Shown here one piece after another: positions 10,003-20,215 of a DNA stretch of 64,000 nucleotides. Made by a program: the position numbers and the translations under genes. This DNA comes from an uncultured archaeon (GTDB lineage Archaea > Thermoproteota > Nitrososphaeria > Nitrososphaerales > Gagatemarchaeaceae), in NCBI GenBank assembly GCA_963817525.1, contig CAWFOU010000007.1:1120001-1184000 (forward strand), written 5' to 3'. Below the pieces are notes generated by a model. It was not told where the DNA came from. It worked only from the letters and a program-made list of their open reading frames with translations, and did no database searches. Numbering within the stretch: the stretch's first letter is position 1; each line of letters opens with the position of its first letter.

Positions 10003-11460
10003 ATGGCCACCGAAAAGCCCGCCTTCGACCAGACATACGCGAACAGGGTGCTCGTTCTCTTCTCGCTCCTCGCCGCGTTCGTCCTCTACGTCGACATAAT
10101 GCTGACCCCGTCCCTGCCGAAGATAGCCTCCGACTACAAGGTGACCATAGCGGAGGTGAGCCTCGTCATCTCGCTCTATACCGTCTTCGGGACCGCGGTC
10201 AACCCGGTGATAGGGAAGCTCGGGGACATCGTGGGGAAGAAGCGCGTCCTGATCTACGTCCTGGTGATCTACTGCGCCATGGTGGCGGTGACCTCCTTCG
10301 CCTCGAACTTCACCATCCTCCTGGTCTCGAGGACCGTGCAGGGAATCGGGCTCGGGATATTCCCGCTCGCTTTCAGCCTCGTCAGGGAGGAGTTCCCCCG
10401 CGAGCTGGTCCCGCGCGCCCAGGGGATACTCAGCGCGATGTTCGGCGCCGGGGCAGCCTTCGGCCTCCCGCTGGGCGCATTGGTCGCCAACTCGTACGGC
10501 TGGCAGGCCAACTATCACATCGCCCTCCCGTTCATCGTTGTCCTGACGGTCCTCATCTTCTACACCGTCAAGGAGTCCTCGGTCACCGACCCCAACGCGA
10601 AGCTGGACTACGTGGGGGCGACCTGGCTGGGCGTGGACCTCGGGGCGATCGTCCTCGGGCTCTCCGAAGGGTCTACGTGGGGGTGGACCTCCCTGCCGGT
10701 GCTCGGCATGGTCTTCGGCGGTTTCGCCCTCCTCATCCCGCTCATCCTCTACGAGAGGAGGGTCGCCGAGCCAATCCTCAACCTCAAGCTGCTCGGGATC
10801 AGGAACGTCATCGTCGCCAACGTGGTCGGGATCACTTCGGGCGCTGCACTCTTCATCGCCTTCCAGGCGATAAGCTTCCAGCTCGAGCTCGCGCCACCCA
10901 GCGGGTACGGCTTCGACATCCTCAACACCGGGATCTACCTCCTACCCCTCGCGGTCGCCATCCTCATAGTCGCCATCCCCGTGGGCCGCCTCACTCCCAA
11001 GTACGGGGTCAAGCCCTTCCTCTACCTTGGCAGCGTCCTGGGGGCGCTCGGGTTCTTCCTGATCTCCACCGCGACGACCGCGGCCCAGATAGCGGAGTAC
11101 CTGATCGTGGCTTCAGCGGGCCTTGGCATGCTTCTCGTCGCCACCCAGAACCTGCTCGTCCTCTCCGTCAAGAAGAGGGAGATGGGGCTCGCGACTTCCC
11201 TCAACACGGTCTTCAGGAACATCGGCTCGAGCCTGGGAGCCCCGATCGCGGGGTCCCTGATGACAACCTTCGTCGCGGCGTACGTCATCGCGGGCCACAC
11301 CATCTCCCTCCCGACCCACACCGCCTTCCACTACGCCTACTACATCGCGGTCGCGGGATTCGCCGTATCCCTGGTTATCGCCCTCTTCGCACAGGAGGTG
11401 ATGGGGAAGAGAGCGGTCGCGCCGGTCTTGGACAAGCCCGCGGAGGCCCCGGTCGCTTGA
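10003..11460 (+). CDS. MFS transporter (DHA2-like, 14 TM)
   Basis: GKLGDIVGKKR motif A, RTVQGIG, DYVGA. Confidence 0.92.
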   Translation: MATEKPAFDQTYANRVLVLFSLLAAFVLYVDIMLTPSLPKIASDYKVTIAEVSLVISLYTVFGTAVNPVIGKLGDIVGKKRVLIYVLVIYCAMVAVTSFASNFTILLVSRTVQGIGLGIFPLAFSLVREEFPRELVPRAQGILSAMFGAGAAFGLPLGALVANSYGWQANYHIALPFIVVLTVLIFYTVKESSVTDPNAKLDYVGATWLGVDLGAIVLGLSEGSTWGWTSLPVLGMVFGGFALLIPLILYERRVAEPILNLKLLGIRNVIVANVVGITSGAALFIAFQAISFQLELAPPSGYGFDILNTGIYLLPLAVAILIVAIPVGRLTPKYGVKPFLYLGSVLGALGFFLISTATTAAQIAEYLIVASAGLGMLLVATQNLLVLSVKKREMGLATSLNTVFRNIGSSLGAPIAGSLMTTFVAAYVIAGHTISLPTHTAFHYAYYIAVAGFAVSLVIALFAQEVMGKRAVAPVLDKPAEAPVA

Positions 11461-11870
11461 CCCGCGCACCCTCCCCGGCGGCGGACTACGACCGGATTCT
11501 CCTCGCCTACGACGGCTCCAAGAACGCGGAGAGCGCGCTTTCGCGGGCCACCTCTCTGGCGGAGACCTGCGGCGCACGACTCACCATCGTGGTGGTGGTC
11601 CCCCCTTCCGCCTACGAGGAGACGGTGAAGAGCGGCAACGAGGTGCTCGGAAGGGCGGTCGCGAAGGCCAAGCGGACGGTCCCCGACGTCACCGGGGTGC
11701 TGAGGGACGGCCAGCCCGCGGACGAGATACTCACGGCCTCGCAGGAGCAGGGCGCCGACCTGGTGGTAATGGGCAGGAGGGGGCTGTCGGCCGTCGAGCG
11801 CCTTCTCATGGGAGGCACCTCGTCCGCAGTCGTCGCGCACTCGAAGTGCGACGTGCTCGTGGTAGAGTGA
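11457..11870 (+). CDS. universal stress protein
   Basis: RILLAYDGS, ADLVVMGRRG, LMGGTSSAVV, CDVLVV; TTG overlaps MFS stop. Confidence 0.92.
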   Translation: MTRAPSPAADYDRILLAYDGSKNAESALSRATSLAETCGARLTIVVVVPPSAYEETVKSGNEVLGRAVAKAKRTVPDVTGVLRDGQPADEILTASQEQGADLVVMGRRGLSAVERLLMGGTSSAVVAHSKCDVLVVE

Positions 11871-12033
11871 GGCAAGGCCGCTCATTCTCCAATAGAGACT
11901 ATCATCCGCGGTTGTTAGCGCCAGCGGGTCGACGGTCAGTTGCTGACCGAAGGGCTCCGAGGCGGCGTGCCCGTGAAGGTTCTCCATCTAACATAATAAT
12001 CTCTCGCGGAGACCGTCGCCCGCTTACAACAAC

Positions 12034-13620
12034 TTGGTCGACGAGAAAAGATTCATCCCCAAGACGATGACTACTCAGCACCCCGACAATGCAAACACTC
12101 CCCCGTGGGCGTCCTCCACGAACGGAGTAATCGAGGGTGAGACGGAGCTCGACGAGGCGTACATCGCCTTCAGCAAGCTCGCCTGCAGCGAGGTGATGTG
12201 GGACTCCGAGGGGAAGGACGTCGACACCAACGTCGTGAGGAAGCTCCTCAGCAAGTACTCTGATTACTTCAAGGACAACGTCTTCGGGCGCGACATCTTC
12301 CTGACCTACCGCATCCCGAACCCCCTGGTCGAGAAGGCGGAGCGGAAGATAGTCACCCAGACCATGCAGTCCATCCCCCTCCAGGCGGACGTGGCGAGCG
12401 CGTTCTATGAGAGGGGGACCGTCCCCGTCTCTGCGGTCATCCTGCCGTTCACGACCAAGGGGTCGGAGCTCCTGTGGCTCGACAGGTGCTACAGCAAGGC
12501 GATTGCCGGGATCGAGGACATCAGCCTCGGCGGCGACATGAAGGTCAAGGACTGGGTGGGGTCGTTCATGCCCAAGAAGATCGACGCCATCCCGCTCGTC
12601 GAGGACGCCCCCAGCCTGATGTCCATGGACAAGATAGTCATGGAGTACATCAGGGCCGTCAAGCCCGAGGTCATGCGGGTCTTCATCGCGAGGTCTGACC
12701 CCGCGCTCAACTACGGCCTGATCACCGCAGTCCTGCTGTCGAAGGTCGCCTTGGGCAGGCTGTCCCAGGTGCAGAAGAAGACCGGGGTGAAGATGAACCC
12801 CATACTAGGCGTGGGGACGATGCCCTTCAGAGGACACCTCAACCCTGAGAACATCGAGAACTTCCTCGAGGAGTACAAAGGGCTCTCGACGGTGACCATC
12901 CAGTCCGCCTTCCGCTACGACTACCCCGCCGACACCGTCGAGAAGGGCATCGCGACCCTGAATCAGCAGCTCCCGAACGGAGAGCTCTTGGAGGTCGACG
13001 AGGCGCAGGTCGTCCTCCTGGAGAGCGCAATGAAGAAGCTGATCCCGGTCTTCCAGTCAAGGGTGGAGATTCTCGCTCCCCTCATCAACTACGTGGCCTC
13101 GTTTATCCCGACGAGGAGGGCCAGGAAGCTGCACATCGGCCTCTTCGGCTACAGCAGGAGGGTCAAGGGCGTAACCATGCCCAGGGCGATCCCGTTCGCG
13201 GCAGCCTTCTACTCGCTGGGCATTCCGCCCGAGTTCATAGGCGCGCAGGCGCTCCGCTCGCTCACAGACAAGGAGTTCGACGCGGTCAAGCGCTCCTACA
13301 AGGGGATTCAGTACGACTACCGCGTCGCGGGGTCTCTCGTGTCGTGGGAGACCGTCCACCTCCTCGTCGACAAGTACGACCTCATGGCGAAGATCACGCA
13401 GATGAACAAGGAGAAGCTGAAGACGGCCCTCAGGTACGTTATGGCGGACCTTTCCACCATCGAGGAGACCCTCTCGCTCCCGCTCGGGCCGTCCGACAAC
13501 AGGTCGAAGAAGCACGAGAACTTCGTCAACACCTTCATGATGTGCGCGATGGATAACGAGAGGGCCAGCGCGTCAAACGCTTTCATAGAAGCGGCCAAAC
13601 TCAGAAGATGTCTGGGCTAG
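12034..13620 (+). CDS. ppcA: archaeal-type phosphoenolpyruvate carboxylase
   Basis: IPKTMTTQHPDN, MWDSEGK, FIARSDPALNYG, PFRGH, RKLHIGLFGYSR, PRAIPF. Confidence 0.96.
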   Translation: MVDEKRFIPKTMTTQHPDNANTPPWASSTNGVIEGETELDEAYIAFSKLACSEVMWDSEGKDVDTNVVRKLLSKYSDYFKDNVFGRDIFLTYRIPNPLVEKAERKIVTQTMQSIPLQADVASAFYERGTVPVSAVILPFTTKGSELLWLDRCYSKAIAGIEDISLGGDMKVKDWVGSFMPKKIDAIPLVEDAPSLMSMDKIVMEYIRAVKPEVMRVFIARSDPALNYGLITAVLLSKVALGRLSQVQKKTGVKMNPILGVGTMPFRGHLNPENIENFLEEYKGLSTVTIQSAFRYDYPADTVEKGIATLNQQLPNGELLEVDEAQVVLLESAMKKLIPVFQSRVEILAPLINYVASFIPTRRARKLHIGLFGYSRRVKGVTMPRAIPFAAAFYSLGIPPEFIGAQALRSLTDKEFDAVKRSYKGIQYDYRVAGSLVSWETVHLLVDKYDLMAKITQMNKEKLKTALRYVMADLSTIEETLSLPLGPSDNRSKKHENFVNTFMMCAMDNERASASNAFIEAAKLRRCLG

Positions 13621-13621
13621 G

Positions 13622-14491
13622 TTGACTTTGCAAAAGGAGAACAAAACCGCGGGCCGCGCGCTCACGCTCGGCCTAGTCCAGATGAGCATGGCTGACGACC
13701 ACGAGGCCAACGTCTCGAAGGCGGTCTCCATGGTGGGCGAGGCGTCGAAGAGGGGGGCGTCCGTGGTCTGCCTCCCCGAGCTCTTCCCCAACCGCTACTT
13801 CCCCCAGGAGAGGGGCGTGAAGGTGCGCCCCGAGCCCATCCCCGGGCCGACGACGAGGCGCCTCTCGGAGGCGGCGCGCGACTCCAAGGTCGCGCTTGTA
13901 GGGGGCTCGCTCTATGAGAGGGAATCCGGGGGCCGCCTCTACAACACCTCGGTGGTCTTCGACGAGCGCGGCCGGATGCTGGGAAAGTACAGGAAGGTCC
14001 AGGTCCCCCAGGACGAGGGGTTCTACGAGAAGGACTACTTCTCGGAGGGGAGCGCCTACCGCGTCTTCAAGACCTCCGCGGCGAAGATAGGGGTCCTCGT
14101 CTGCTTCGACCAGTGGTACCCGGAGGCGGCGAGGGTGAACAGGCTGATGGGGGCCGAGCTTCTGTTCTATCCAACGGCGATAGGGACCGTGGACGGGATT
14201 GAGGAGACGGAGGGAGACTGGCACGAGGCGTGGGAGGCGGTCCAGCGCGGTCACGCCATAGCCAACAGCATGGTGGTAGCCGCGGTCAACCGGGTGGGGA
14301 AGGAGGGACGCACGACCTTCTGGGGCGGCTCCTTCGTCTGCGACCAGTTCGGCAAGATCCTGGCGCGCGCGGACGACACCGAGCAGGTCGTCGTCGCGAC
14401 CTGCGACCTCGAGCTGGGGAGGCAGGTGGAGGAGGGCTGGGGCTTCATGAGGAACAGGAGGCCAGCCACCTACCGAAAGCTCGCGAGCTGA
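13622..14491 (+). CDS. aguB: N-carbamoylputrescine amidase (nitrilase superfamily)
   Basis: LPELF, KYRK, EKDYF, CFDQWYPE, YPTAIG, QRGHAIAN; adjacent to agmatine deiminase. Confidence 0.85.
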   Translation: MTLQKENKTAGRALTLGLVQMSMADDHEANVSKAVSMVGEASKRGASVVCLPELFPNRYFPQERGVKVRPEPIPGPTTRRLSEAARDSKVALVGGSLYERESGGRLYNTSVVFDERGRMLGKYRKVQVPQDEGFYEKDYFSEGSAYRVFKTSAAKIGVLVCFDQWYPEAARVNRLMGAELLFYPTAIGTVDGIEETEGDWHEAWEAVQRGHAIANSMVVAAVNRVGKEGRTTFWGGSFVCDQFGKILARADDTEQVVVATCDLELGRQVEEGWGFMRNRRPATYRKLAS

Positions 14492-14501
14492 GGCGACCCC
14501 G

Positions 14502-15542
14502 ATGAGCGAGAAGACGCCCGCCGAGCTCGGTTTCTCCATGCCCCCGGAGTGGGCGAAGCACGACTCCACTTGGCTCTCGTGGCCCAAGAACCCGCTCACG
14601 TTCCCCCCGGAGATCGTCTCCAAGGTGGAGGCTGCTTACGTCGCGATGATCGAGGCCCTCGCCGGCGGGGAGCGGGTCGACCTCCTCGTCGACGACGCAA
14701 GGACCGAGGACCGGGTGCGCTCGATGCTCTCAGCCAAGAACGTCGCCTTTCACAGAATAGAGAGCGCCGACGTATGGATGCGCGACTACGGCCCCATCTT
14801 TGTGAGGAAGGGTGGCAGGGGGCGGGGAGTCGCGGCGACGAAGTGGGAGTTCAACGCGTGGGGCGGCAAGTACGACGACCTCCTTCCCGACAACGAGACG
14901 GGGCTCGAGGTGGCGAGGTCGACGGGCCTGCGCATCTTCGAGCCGGGGGTCGTCCTTGAGGGGGGCTCGATAGACGTCAACGGGAGGGGATCGCTCCTCA
15001 CCACCGAGCAGTGCCTCCTCAACAAGAACCGCAACCCCAAGCTGGGCAAGGCCCAGCTGGAGCGGCTGCTACACGACTACCTGGGCGTGGACGTCGTGGT
15101 CTGGCTGGGCGAGGGGGTCGCGGGCGACGACACCGACGGCCACGTGGACGACATCGCGAGGTTCGTAAACGAGGACACGGTGGTCTGTATGACCGAGCCG
15201 GACGCCGGGGACGTGAACTACGCGGCGCTGAAGCGCGACAGCGCCATGCTCGTCGCACACAAGGACAGGGAGGGGCGGCGGCTGGAGGTGGTCCCCATAG
15301 AGATGCCCAGGGGCGTCGAGGGAGACGGGGCTAGGCTCCCCGCCAGCTATGCCAACTTCTATGTCGGGAACTCGGCCGTGCTCGTCCCGGTGTTCGGGGA
15401 CGCGAGGAGGGACAGCGCCGCTCTCGAGACCCTATCGGAGAGCTTCCAGGGGAGGAAGATAGTCCCCGTCGACTCCAGGGAGCTCGTCTACGGCTTCGGG
15501 GGCATCCACTGCGTGAGCCAGCAGCAGCCCGCGCCCGCCTAG
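14502..15542 (+). CDS. aguA: agmatine deiminase
   Basis: MPPEW, WMRDYGP, FNAWGGKY, EGGSI, DTDGHVDD, ASYANF, GGIHCVSQQ. Confidence 0.95.
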   Translation: MSEKTPAELGFSMPPEWAKHDSTWLSWPKNPLTFPPEIVSKVEAAYVAMIEALAGGERVDLLVDDARTEDRVRSMLSAKNVAFHRIESADVWMRDYGPIFVRKGGRGRGVAATKWEFNAWGGKYDDLLPDNETGLEVARSTGLRIFEPGVVLEGGSIDVNGRGSLLTTEQCLLNKNRNPKLGKAQLERLLHDYLGVDVVVWLGEGVAGDDTDGHVDDIARFVNEDTVVCMTEPDAGDVNYAALKRDSAMLVAHKDREGRRLEVVPIEMPRGVEGDGARLPASYANFYVGNSAVLVPVFGDARRDSAALETLSESFQGRKIVPVDSRELVYGFGGIHCVSQQQPAPA

Positions 15543-15922
15543 CGGAAGCCCCAGCTGCGCTTTACGCGGGGGCACACCTTGACGTAGGGTCTCCCGCCCT
15601 CGCTCCCCAGCTCCGCCACGCCCCTCACCTCGACCCCGCGAGGCCTCCATGGGCTGACCGTCACGAGGTCGTCGACGACGATCGCGACCTTCTCGTTGTG
15701 GACGAGGTTCTGGAACTTCAGGCTCTTCTCCAGCTTCCAACCCGTGAAGTAGAACGCCGTCCCGTCGAACTCGTAGACGACCGGGACGACATGCGGCTGG
15801 CCGTCGCGGGACGCCGTGGCCACGCGCGCGAGCCGGCTCTGGGTGAGGAACGCGACCTCCTCGTCTGTGAAGGTGACGGCTTCGCCAGCAGCCTTCTTGC
15901 TGACGACGCCCTTGCTCTTCAT
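15539..15922 (-). CDS. PPOX-class (putatively F420-dependent) pyridoxamine 5'-phosphate oxidase family protein
   Basis: QSRLARVAT, PHVVPV, VAIVVDDL..SPWRPRGVEVRG. Confidence 0.85.
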   Translation of the reverse strand: MKSKGVVSKKAAGEAVTFTDEEVAFLTQSRLARVATASRDGQPHVVPVVYEFDGTAFYFTGWKLEKSLKFQNLVHNEKVAIVVDDLVTVSPWRPRGVEVRGVAELGSEGGRPYVKVCPRVKRSWGFR

Positions 15923-15991
15923 GGGTGGAGATAGGGGGCGGCCGCTAGATATGTCTGGCAGTCCTGCGCCCGTGAGTAGGTCTAGCGGCCG

Positions 15992-16357
15992 CTACTGGCT
16001 CTTGGCTTCCGGCGCCTGCGGCTTGGCCCACTTCACTGCCCAGTCCGCGAACCCGGACAGGATGGCGGAGAGCTCCCAGCCCTTCTTCGTCAGCGAGTAC
16101 TCCACTCGGGGCGGCGAGTCCGGGAAGACCTTGCGCTGGACTATGCCCTGCCTCTCCAGCTCGCTTAGCCTCTCCGTCAAGCTCGTCGCGCTTATCCCCT
16201 CCGTCCGCCTCTTCAGCTCGTTGAACCTCGCGGGCTCCTTGAGCGAGAGGCTGTGTATCACGGGGAGAGTCCAGACCTTGGTCAGCTGGTTCCAAGTTGT
16301 ATGGACGACCTTGCATCCGTCTAGGACTTCCTGTGTTATCTGCTTCGTTTCACTCAA
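15992..16357 (-). CDS. HxlR-family winged-helix transcriptional regulator
   Basis: RFNELKR, LTERLSELE, PPRVEYSLTKKG; TTG start chosen at 16357. Confidence 0.92.
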   Translation of the reverse strand: MSETKQITQEVLDGCKVVHTTWNQLTKVWTLPVIHSLSLKEPARFNELKRRTEGISATSLTERLSELERQGIVQRKVFPDSPPRVEYSLTKKGWELSAILSGFADWAVKWAKPQAPEAKSQ

Positions 16358-16654
16358 CTTTGTATCGCCTATGTAGTAGCATTTGCAGACTAGCAACAGA
16401 TAGATAAGTATTGCTCTTCGCGTAGGAGTCGCACCAATTACCATCGATCCAGTGCTTGGATGTGGCGCCCTGCGATACCGGGGTGGTCACCTTGCATCAG
16501 ACCAAGGGCCTAAAAGCGACAAGCCATGCTTTAAGACTTATGCGGAGATCACATCATGAGAACGGGCCTGTGGGGACCTCCGCTCCCGCCCCCTCCAGAG
16601 ACGACGGTTTCTCGCCCGGGGAACCGATTTAAGGAGCCCCCGCGGCTCCCGGAC

Positions 16655-17287
16655 ATGCCCGCACCCACCGGCCCGAAGCATAGCAGCGACCTTGGGCGTC
16701 AGGCCACGAAACGAGCCCTCATCGTCGTCGACATACAAAGGGACTTCTGTCCCGGTGGTGCTCTGGCGGTCGCCGAAGCGGACAAGATCATCCCCGCCGT
16801 CAACGGACTGGTCAAAGCATTCAAAGACGCGGGCCTGCCCATATTCTTCACGCGGGACTGGCATCCCAAGGACCACATCTCGTTCAGGGCCAACGGGGGA
16901 CCGTGGCCTCCTCACTGCATCCAGAACACTCCGGGAGCTAGCTTCCATCCTTCGCTCGAGATCCCAGCCGACGCGCAGGTGATAGACAAGGGGATGCTCC
17001 GGGCCGAAGACGCCTACTCCGGCTTCCAGGGGACCGACTTGGCTCGCAGGCTCCGCGACCTCGAAGTCGACGGGATCTATGTCGTCGGGCTGGCTACCGA
17101 CTATTGCGTCAAGAACACTGTGTTGGACGGGTCAGCGCAGGGCTTCGAGACCTTCGTCGTGACCGACTGCGTGAAGGGGGTCGACCTCAAGCGGACCGAC
17201 TCCGCGACCGCGATGCGAGCGATGGCCTCGCACGGGGCCAAGCGGACGACCAGCGGCCGCGTAGTGAAGAGCGCGCCCGGCACCTAG
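16655..17287 (+). CDS. pncA: nicotinamidase/pyrazinamidase
   Basis: VDIQRDFCPGGAL, DWHP, WPPHC, YSGF, GLATDYCV. Confidence 0.92.
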   Translation: MPAPTGPKHSSDLGRQATKRALIVVDIQRDFCPGGALAVAEADKIIPAVNGLVKAFKDAGLPIFFTRDWHPKDHISFRANGGPWPPHCIQNTPGASFHPSLEIPADAQVIDKGMLRAEDAYSGFQGTDLARRLRDLEVDGIYVVGLATDYCVKNTVLDGSAQGFETFVVTDCVKGVDLKRTDSATAMRAMASHGAKRTTSGRVVKSAPGT

Positions 17288-18657
17288 CGGACTATCGCCC
17301 GCATGGCGAGACTCCCCGCCCTGAGGACCAACGAGTCCTCTCCCAACCCCGACGAGAGCTGGATCGCCGTGGGCAGCTCCGCCGAGCCGGGGTTCGAGGG
17401 GATGCTGAGAGACGGGAAGCCACACAAGTTGAAGACCTCGGTGTTCTGCAGGAGGAGCTTCCTCAGCCTACCCGCCTCTTTCCCCTTCACGTCGTCCAGC
17501 CTTGGGGCCACGGCCCTCGTGGTGGGCACCGCCAGCAAGTCGAGCCCCTTCAGGAGGCGCCCGAAGGCGCGGACGGACTCGAGCCTGACGAGGTTGGCCC
17601 CCATGTAGCGGACCTGCCCGAGCTTCATCCCCCGCCTGAGCAGGGTCAGGACGTCCGGGTTCATCTTCGCCGCCACCTTCTCGTTGTTGACGAGCTCCTC
17701 GAAGAACCAGGCCGCCTCCTTGAGCTGGATGGCGGCCCTTGCCAGGGTGAACCTCTGGTAGTCCGAGTGGATCGGGTGCTCCACGGCGACAAAGTCACCC
17801 GACTCCTCCATCCTTTCGACCGCCCTCCAGAAGTTCTTGGCGACCCTCTCCTCCACCTCCTCCATGAAGTGGCCCGTCAAGACGCCGACCCTGACCTTCC
17901 CTCCCCTTCCCTTGGCTCCCCCTCGTGGCTTGCTCGCGCCGGTGAGCTGCTCGTAGGCCCTCACCATGTCGGGCATCGTCTTGGTGAGGAGCCCCACGTG
18001 GTCGAGGGTCGCGCTGAGCGGGAAGATTCCCTCGAGGCTCAGGGCGCCCAGGGTGGGCTTGAACCCCATTATCCCGCAGAGCGCCGCGGGCACGCGTATC
18101 GAGCCCCCCGTGTCGGTCCCGAGTCCCAGGACGGGGCCTTTTGAGATGGCGACGGAGACGGCCGAACCCCCGCTCGAGCCGCCGGCCACCCTCTCCACGT
18201 CGTGGGGGTTCCTCACGGGGCCGAAGTACGAGGCCGCGGAGGTCGCCCCCAGGGCGATCTCGTGCATGTTGGTCTTCCCCAAGGGTATGCACCCCAGGCC
18301 GAGTGCGTCGTCGACGACCTCGGCGTTGAGGCTGGGGACAAAGTCCTTGAAGTAGAAAGTGGCTGCAGTGGTCGGAAACCCGCCGAAGAAGATGTTGTCC
18401 TTTATCGCCAGTGGGACTCCGAAGAGCCCCGAGGATGCCCTGACCTTGCCTGCATGGAGCCTTGCGTCCAGCTCGCGCGCCCTCGAGAGCGCGATTCCCT
18501 TCTTCCCGCCGAAGACGGTGATGTAGGCGTTGAGCCTCTCGTTGTAGCGCCCGATGTTGTCGAGCTCCTCCCTGACCCTTTGCTCGCACGTCGTCTCGCC
18601 CCGCTTTAGTGCCTCTTGATACGCCGAGAACTCGGACTCTAGGAAGACTGCTTTCGT
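17284..18657 (-). CDS. amidase signature family protein
   Basis: GKTNMHE, GGSSGGS, GTDTGGSIR; the frame stays open upstream of the ORF-track start and includes LNAYI and GVPLAIKDN; no ATG/GTG/TTG there, ACG at 18657 is a tentative start. Confidence 0.9.
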   Translation of the reverse strand, partial: TKAVFLESEFSAYQEALKRGETTCEQRVREELDNIGRYNERLNAYITVFGGKKGIALSRARELDARLHAGKVRASSGLFGVPLAIKDNIFFGGFPTTAATFYFKDFVPSLNAEVVDDALGLGCIPLGKTNMHEIALGATSAASYFGPVRNPHDVERVAGGSSGGSAVSVAISKGPVLGLGTDTGGSIRVPAALCGIMGFKPTLGALSLEGIFPLSATLDHVGLLTKTMPDMVRAYEQLTGASKPRGGAKGRGGKVRVGVLTGHFMEEVEERVAKNFWRAVERMEESGDFVAVEHPIHSDYQRFTLARAAIQLKEAAWFFEELVNNEKVAAKMNPDVLTLLRRGMKLGQVRYMGANLVRLESVRAFGRLLKGLDLLAVPTTRAVAPRLDDVKGKEAGRLRKLLLQNTEVFNLCGFPSLSIPSNPGSAELPTAIQLSSGLGEDSLVLRAGSLAMRAIVR

Positions 18658-18699
18658 AGCTCTCGAAGCGACCGCCGGGTATTAATCAGATTCTGTTTT

Positions 18700-18745
18700 G
18701 AAGAAAAAATGGAGGAAGAAGGCACGGCCACTCGGGCCATGCCCT
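18700..18745 (-). terminator. hairpin plus pyrimidine/T tract downstream of the 18757-19488 gene
   Basis: Minus strand GGCATGGCC-CGAGT-GGCCGTGCC followed by TTCTTCCTCCATTTTTTCTT. Confidence 0.55.
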
Positions 18746-18756
18746 ATTGCTGTCTC

Positions 18757-19488
18757 TTACTTGTGATGCCCAGATTGGCCTTGTCCGCCCTGGGGACCCT
18801 GCGGGCCTCCGGGGAGCGGCGGCTGGCCGCCGTTGGCGCTGTTCGTGCTGTTGGTGCTTGTGGTTGCGGGGAATGGGGAAGACGTTATCGTGCCTTGGCC
18901 TGTCTGGAGCACGAGCGAGCTCTGGCCAGGGTTAGACGACGTGTCGAAGATCTGGATGGACACCACGTAGGTGCCCGTCTTGAGGAGGACTTGGTTGTCG
19001 ATCTGCCCGTTGCCCGCCGGCCCGGTCACCAGGTTGCCCAGCGTGTAGCTCGTGCCGTTGGCGACGAGGACCACGTTGTATTGGGTGACTGGCTTCGCGA
19101 AGCGGAGGACGATTTGGACGTTGAAGATGCCGCCGACGCTAGTTATGGAAGCGAGGCAACCTCTCCCGCTAGAGAAGGAGATGCTGCTGCTCGCCGAGCC
19201 TGAAGCTCCCGTGGCCGTGATCGGGAGGACTAGCCTTCCGACTTTGACGGGCGTAGGGGGCTGGCATAGCGTCTGGTTCGCGGTCGTAATTGTGGTAGTG
19301 GTGGAAGTCGAGTTCGAAGTGGTCGTGGAGTTGCTGTCGGAGCCCGCCAGGGCTACCGTTAGGATTGTGGCCGGCGCCCCCGCCGAGGGCGCGGACTGGC
19401 CTTGGGCGTACGCGACGACCCCGCCTGAGACCAGGACGAGCATCGCGGCGACGATCAGGATCTGGAGTCTGGCTGTATTCACTTGCAT
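18757..19488 (-). CDS. secreted Ser/Thr-rich hypothetical protein
   Basis: N-terminal hydrophobic signal ending AYA, S/T linkers, beta-rich core. Confidence 0.75.
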   Translation of the reverse strand: MQVNTARLQILIVAAMLVLVSGGVVAYAQGQSAPSAGAPATILTVALAGSDSNSTTTSNSTSTTTTITTANQTLCQPPTPVKVGRLVLPITATGASGSASSSISFSSGRGCLASITSVGGIFNVQIVLRFAKPVTQYNVVLVANGTSYTLGNLVTGPAGNGQIDNQVLLKTGTYVVSIQIFDTSSNPGQSSLVLQTGQGTITSSPFPATTSTNSTNSANGGQPPLPGGPQGPQGGQGQSGHHK

Positions 19489-19604
19489 GCTGCTTCGTAT
19501 ACGCAGCTACTCGTAGGCGATATAATGACCCGCATCCAGGAAGTGGAATTCCAGAGAAATTTCAGGTTTCCGCGGGGAAACCGGCGTTTCTGACGAGAAC
19601 CCGG

Positions 19605-20156
19605 CTAGCAGCAGTCGTCGGAGGGTTCCCCGCCCGCCGCCTCGAACCTGAACTCGACGTAGGAGTTAGGAGGGAGGCCGAAGATGGTCGGGCTGACCGT
19701 ACCGCGTATCTCGTAGCTGGGAGCCGACCCGCCCCACGAAGCGATGTAGTTGTTGTCGTACTGCCCGGCCCAGATGGTGTCGTTGTCCTCCCAGGGCATG
19801 ATGACAGGGTGCCCCCCGATGGTCATTGAGATCTGGTTCACCGAGATGGTGTAGTTGCTGATGGAGATCAGGTGGTTCGCGAGCATGTCTGTCCCCGAGA
19901 GGAAGGTGAAGAGGATCGACCCGTTCCCGTTGTTGGCCGTGAGAGTCGCGTTGTACGAGGCCGTCTGGTAGCCCGCGGTGGAGTTGGACATGCCAGCCTC
20001 GTTGATGAAGAGGGTCCCGTACATCGTGCCGCCCTGCTTGGGGGAGAGCGCGACGTATGCGACTCCGATGAACGAGACGGAAATGATTATGGCCCCTACC
20101 GACAGGACGAGGAGCCAACTGCCGCTCATCGTCTTCGCCGGAATCAGACCAGACAC
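19605..20156 (-). CDS. membrane-anchored extracellular hypothetical protein
   Basis: Single N-terminal TM helix, several N-x-S/T sequons, ends DDCC. Confidence 0.7.
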   Translation of the reverse strand: MSGLIPAKTMSGSWLLVLSVGAIIISVSFIGVAYVALSPKQGGTMYGTLFINEAGMSNSTAGYQTASYNATLTANNGNGSILFTFLSGTDMLANHLISISNYTISVNQISMTIGGHPVIMPWEDNDTIWAGQYDNNYIASWGGSAPSYEIRGTVSPTIFGLPPNSYVEFRFEAAGGEPSDDCC

Positions 20157-20215
20157 GCTTTTCGGCCTCGATTCACTAGCAGATTAATATTCCTGAGAGG
20201 GCGCTCGCGAAGAGA

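Noticed and set aside
9996-11456. 624-aa ORF overlapping the MFS gene
   Set aside because: Arg/Pro-rich shadow frame; only the 3' 137 codons (USP) are protein-like
11933-11949. Hairpin CGGTCAG-TTG-CTGACCG upstream of ppcA
   Set aside because: A 7-bp stem in high-GC DNA can arise by chance; no riboswitch features recognised
16360-16620. AT-richer intergenic stretch as possible ncRNA or tRNA
   Set aside because: No cloverleaf, T-loop or C/D boxes recognised; explained by divergent promoters
19605-19620. C-terminal CC as a Rab-type prenylation motif linked to the prenyltransferase-like gene
   Set aside because: The domain looks extracellular, lies 25 kb away, and no alpha-subunit partner is seen
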